Shown here: positions 31,611-32,000 of the stretch, one piece after another | Numbering within the stretch: position 1 is the first letter of the stretch | Layout of the letters: the number at the start of each line of letters is the position of its first letter | Origin: Microcystis aeruginosa NIES-2549 | GTDB lineage: Bacteria > Cyanobacteriota > Cyanobacteriia > Cyanobacteriales > Microcystaceae | Assembly (NCBI RefSeq): GCF_000981785.2 | Contig: NZ_CP011304.1 | Location: 3,660,001-3,692,000 of the forward strand | Length of the DNA stretch: 32,000 nt | Direction: 5' to 3' | Notes under the pieces: model-generated | Told to the model about the DNA's origin: nothing | What the model saw: only the letters and a program-made list of their open reading frames with translations | The model's database searches: none | Position numbers and translations under genes: made by a program

Positions 31611-31955
31611 ATGTTGATGAGGCAACTTATGGAACAGTCAAACGGTAAATCTTCTCGCCAACGGGGCGTAATCTTAACATCCATCGGCTACCAAAAACTG
31701 CACCGTGCTAAAGTGAATTGGGAAACAAAACAAAACACTCGCTGCACCTTAGACATTCTTAGCCAACAAACTGGACTGACCCCCAATACTCTCAGTAAAA
31801 TTTTTAGTTGCTCTGTCGCCGTTGATAAACGTAGTCTGTACGTCTGCTTTTCTGCCTTTAATCTCGATTTAGACGGTCAAGATTATTTATCCAGTTTTAC
31901 CCTTGCCTACAAAGACCGCCAATTTTCACATTGGGGGATAAATATGAACTTTTAA
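31611..31955 (+). CDS. Short HTH-like protein resembling the N-terminal module of large cyanobacterial signalling (STAND/WD40-type) proteins
   Basis: RQRGVILTSIGYQKLHRAK...TLDILSQQTGLTPNTLSKIF...VDKRSLYVCFSAFNLDLDGQDY matches the N-terminal module I recall from multi-domain proteins. Here the ORF stops ~20 aa later, so it is a truncated or stand-alone form. Confidence 0.4.
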   Translation: MLMRQLMEQSNGKSSRQRGVILTSIGYQKLHRAKVNWETKQNTRCTLDILSQQTGLTPNTLSKIFSCSVAVDKRSLYVCFSAFNLDLDGQDYLSSFTLAYKDRQFSHWGINMNF

Positions 31956-32000
31956 AAGATCAATGATTGCGGCGTATAACAGAACTGTCTTTTATTCTCT

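Noticed and set aside
1-32000. A scan for tRNA, rRNA, tmRNA and riboswitch-like sequences
   Set aside because: I saw no T-loop (GGTTCGAATCC-type) or acceptor-stem pattern, no rRNA-like stretches and no recognisable riboswitch cores. This was a by-eye scan only, so small RNAs cannot be excluded.

Overview
This is a 32-kb cyanobacterial chromosomal window. The taxon is inferred from gene content (ntcA, ccsA, ftsH, txlA-like, menF), HIP1 octamers (GCGATCGC) and STRR-type heptanucleotide arrays. The repeat style looks Microcystis-like, but I cannot verify that. Positions 1-20.3 kb hold 17 tightly packed housekeeping or conserved CDS, and their short intergenic regions are crowded with heptamer arrays and small palindromic elements. 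Positions 20.3-24.95 kb are mobile-DNA debris: IS630 remnants, an apparently intact IS607-type tnpA-tnpB pair, a truncated orphan BrnT toxin, and a split DUF2442 gene. The DUF2442 gene is interrupted by a ~250-bp MITE-like insertion with an 8-bp target duplication (AGAATTAG). Its two halves now lie 3.7 kb apart in opposite orientation, apparently because the segment between two perfect 55-bp inverted repeats was inverted. Positions 24.96-30.63 kb hold the most interesting content, a minus-strand cassette with no HIP1 or CGATCG sites. It encodes a MIF-type tautomerase, an atypical lipoxygenase, a Bet v1/SRPBCC-like protein, an SDR remnant, an NTF2/SnoaL-like protein and a membrane-anchored lipase-like alpha/beta-hydrolase. 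I propose it is a horizontally acquired, self-contained oxylipin module of a composition I do not recognise as described. I saw no rRNA, tRNA or CRISPR array. All product calls come from motif recognition by eye; no database search or computation was possible.
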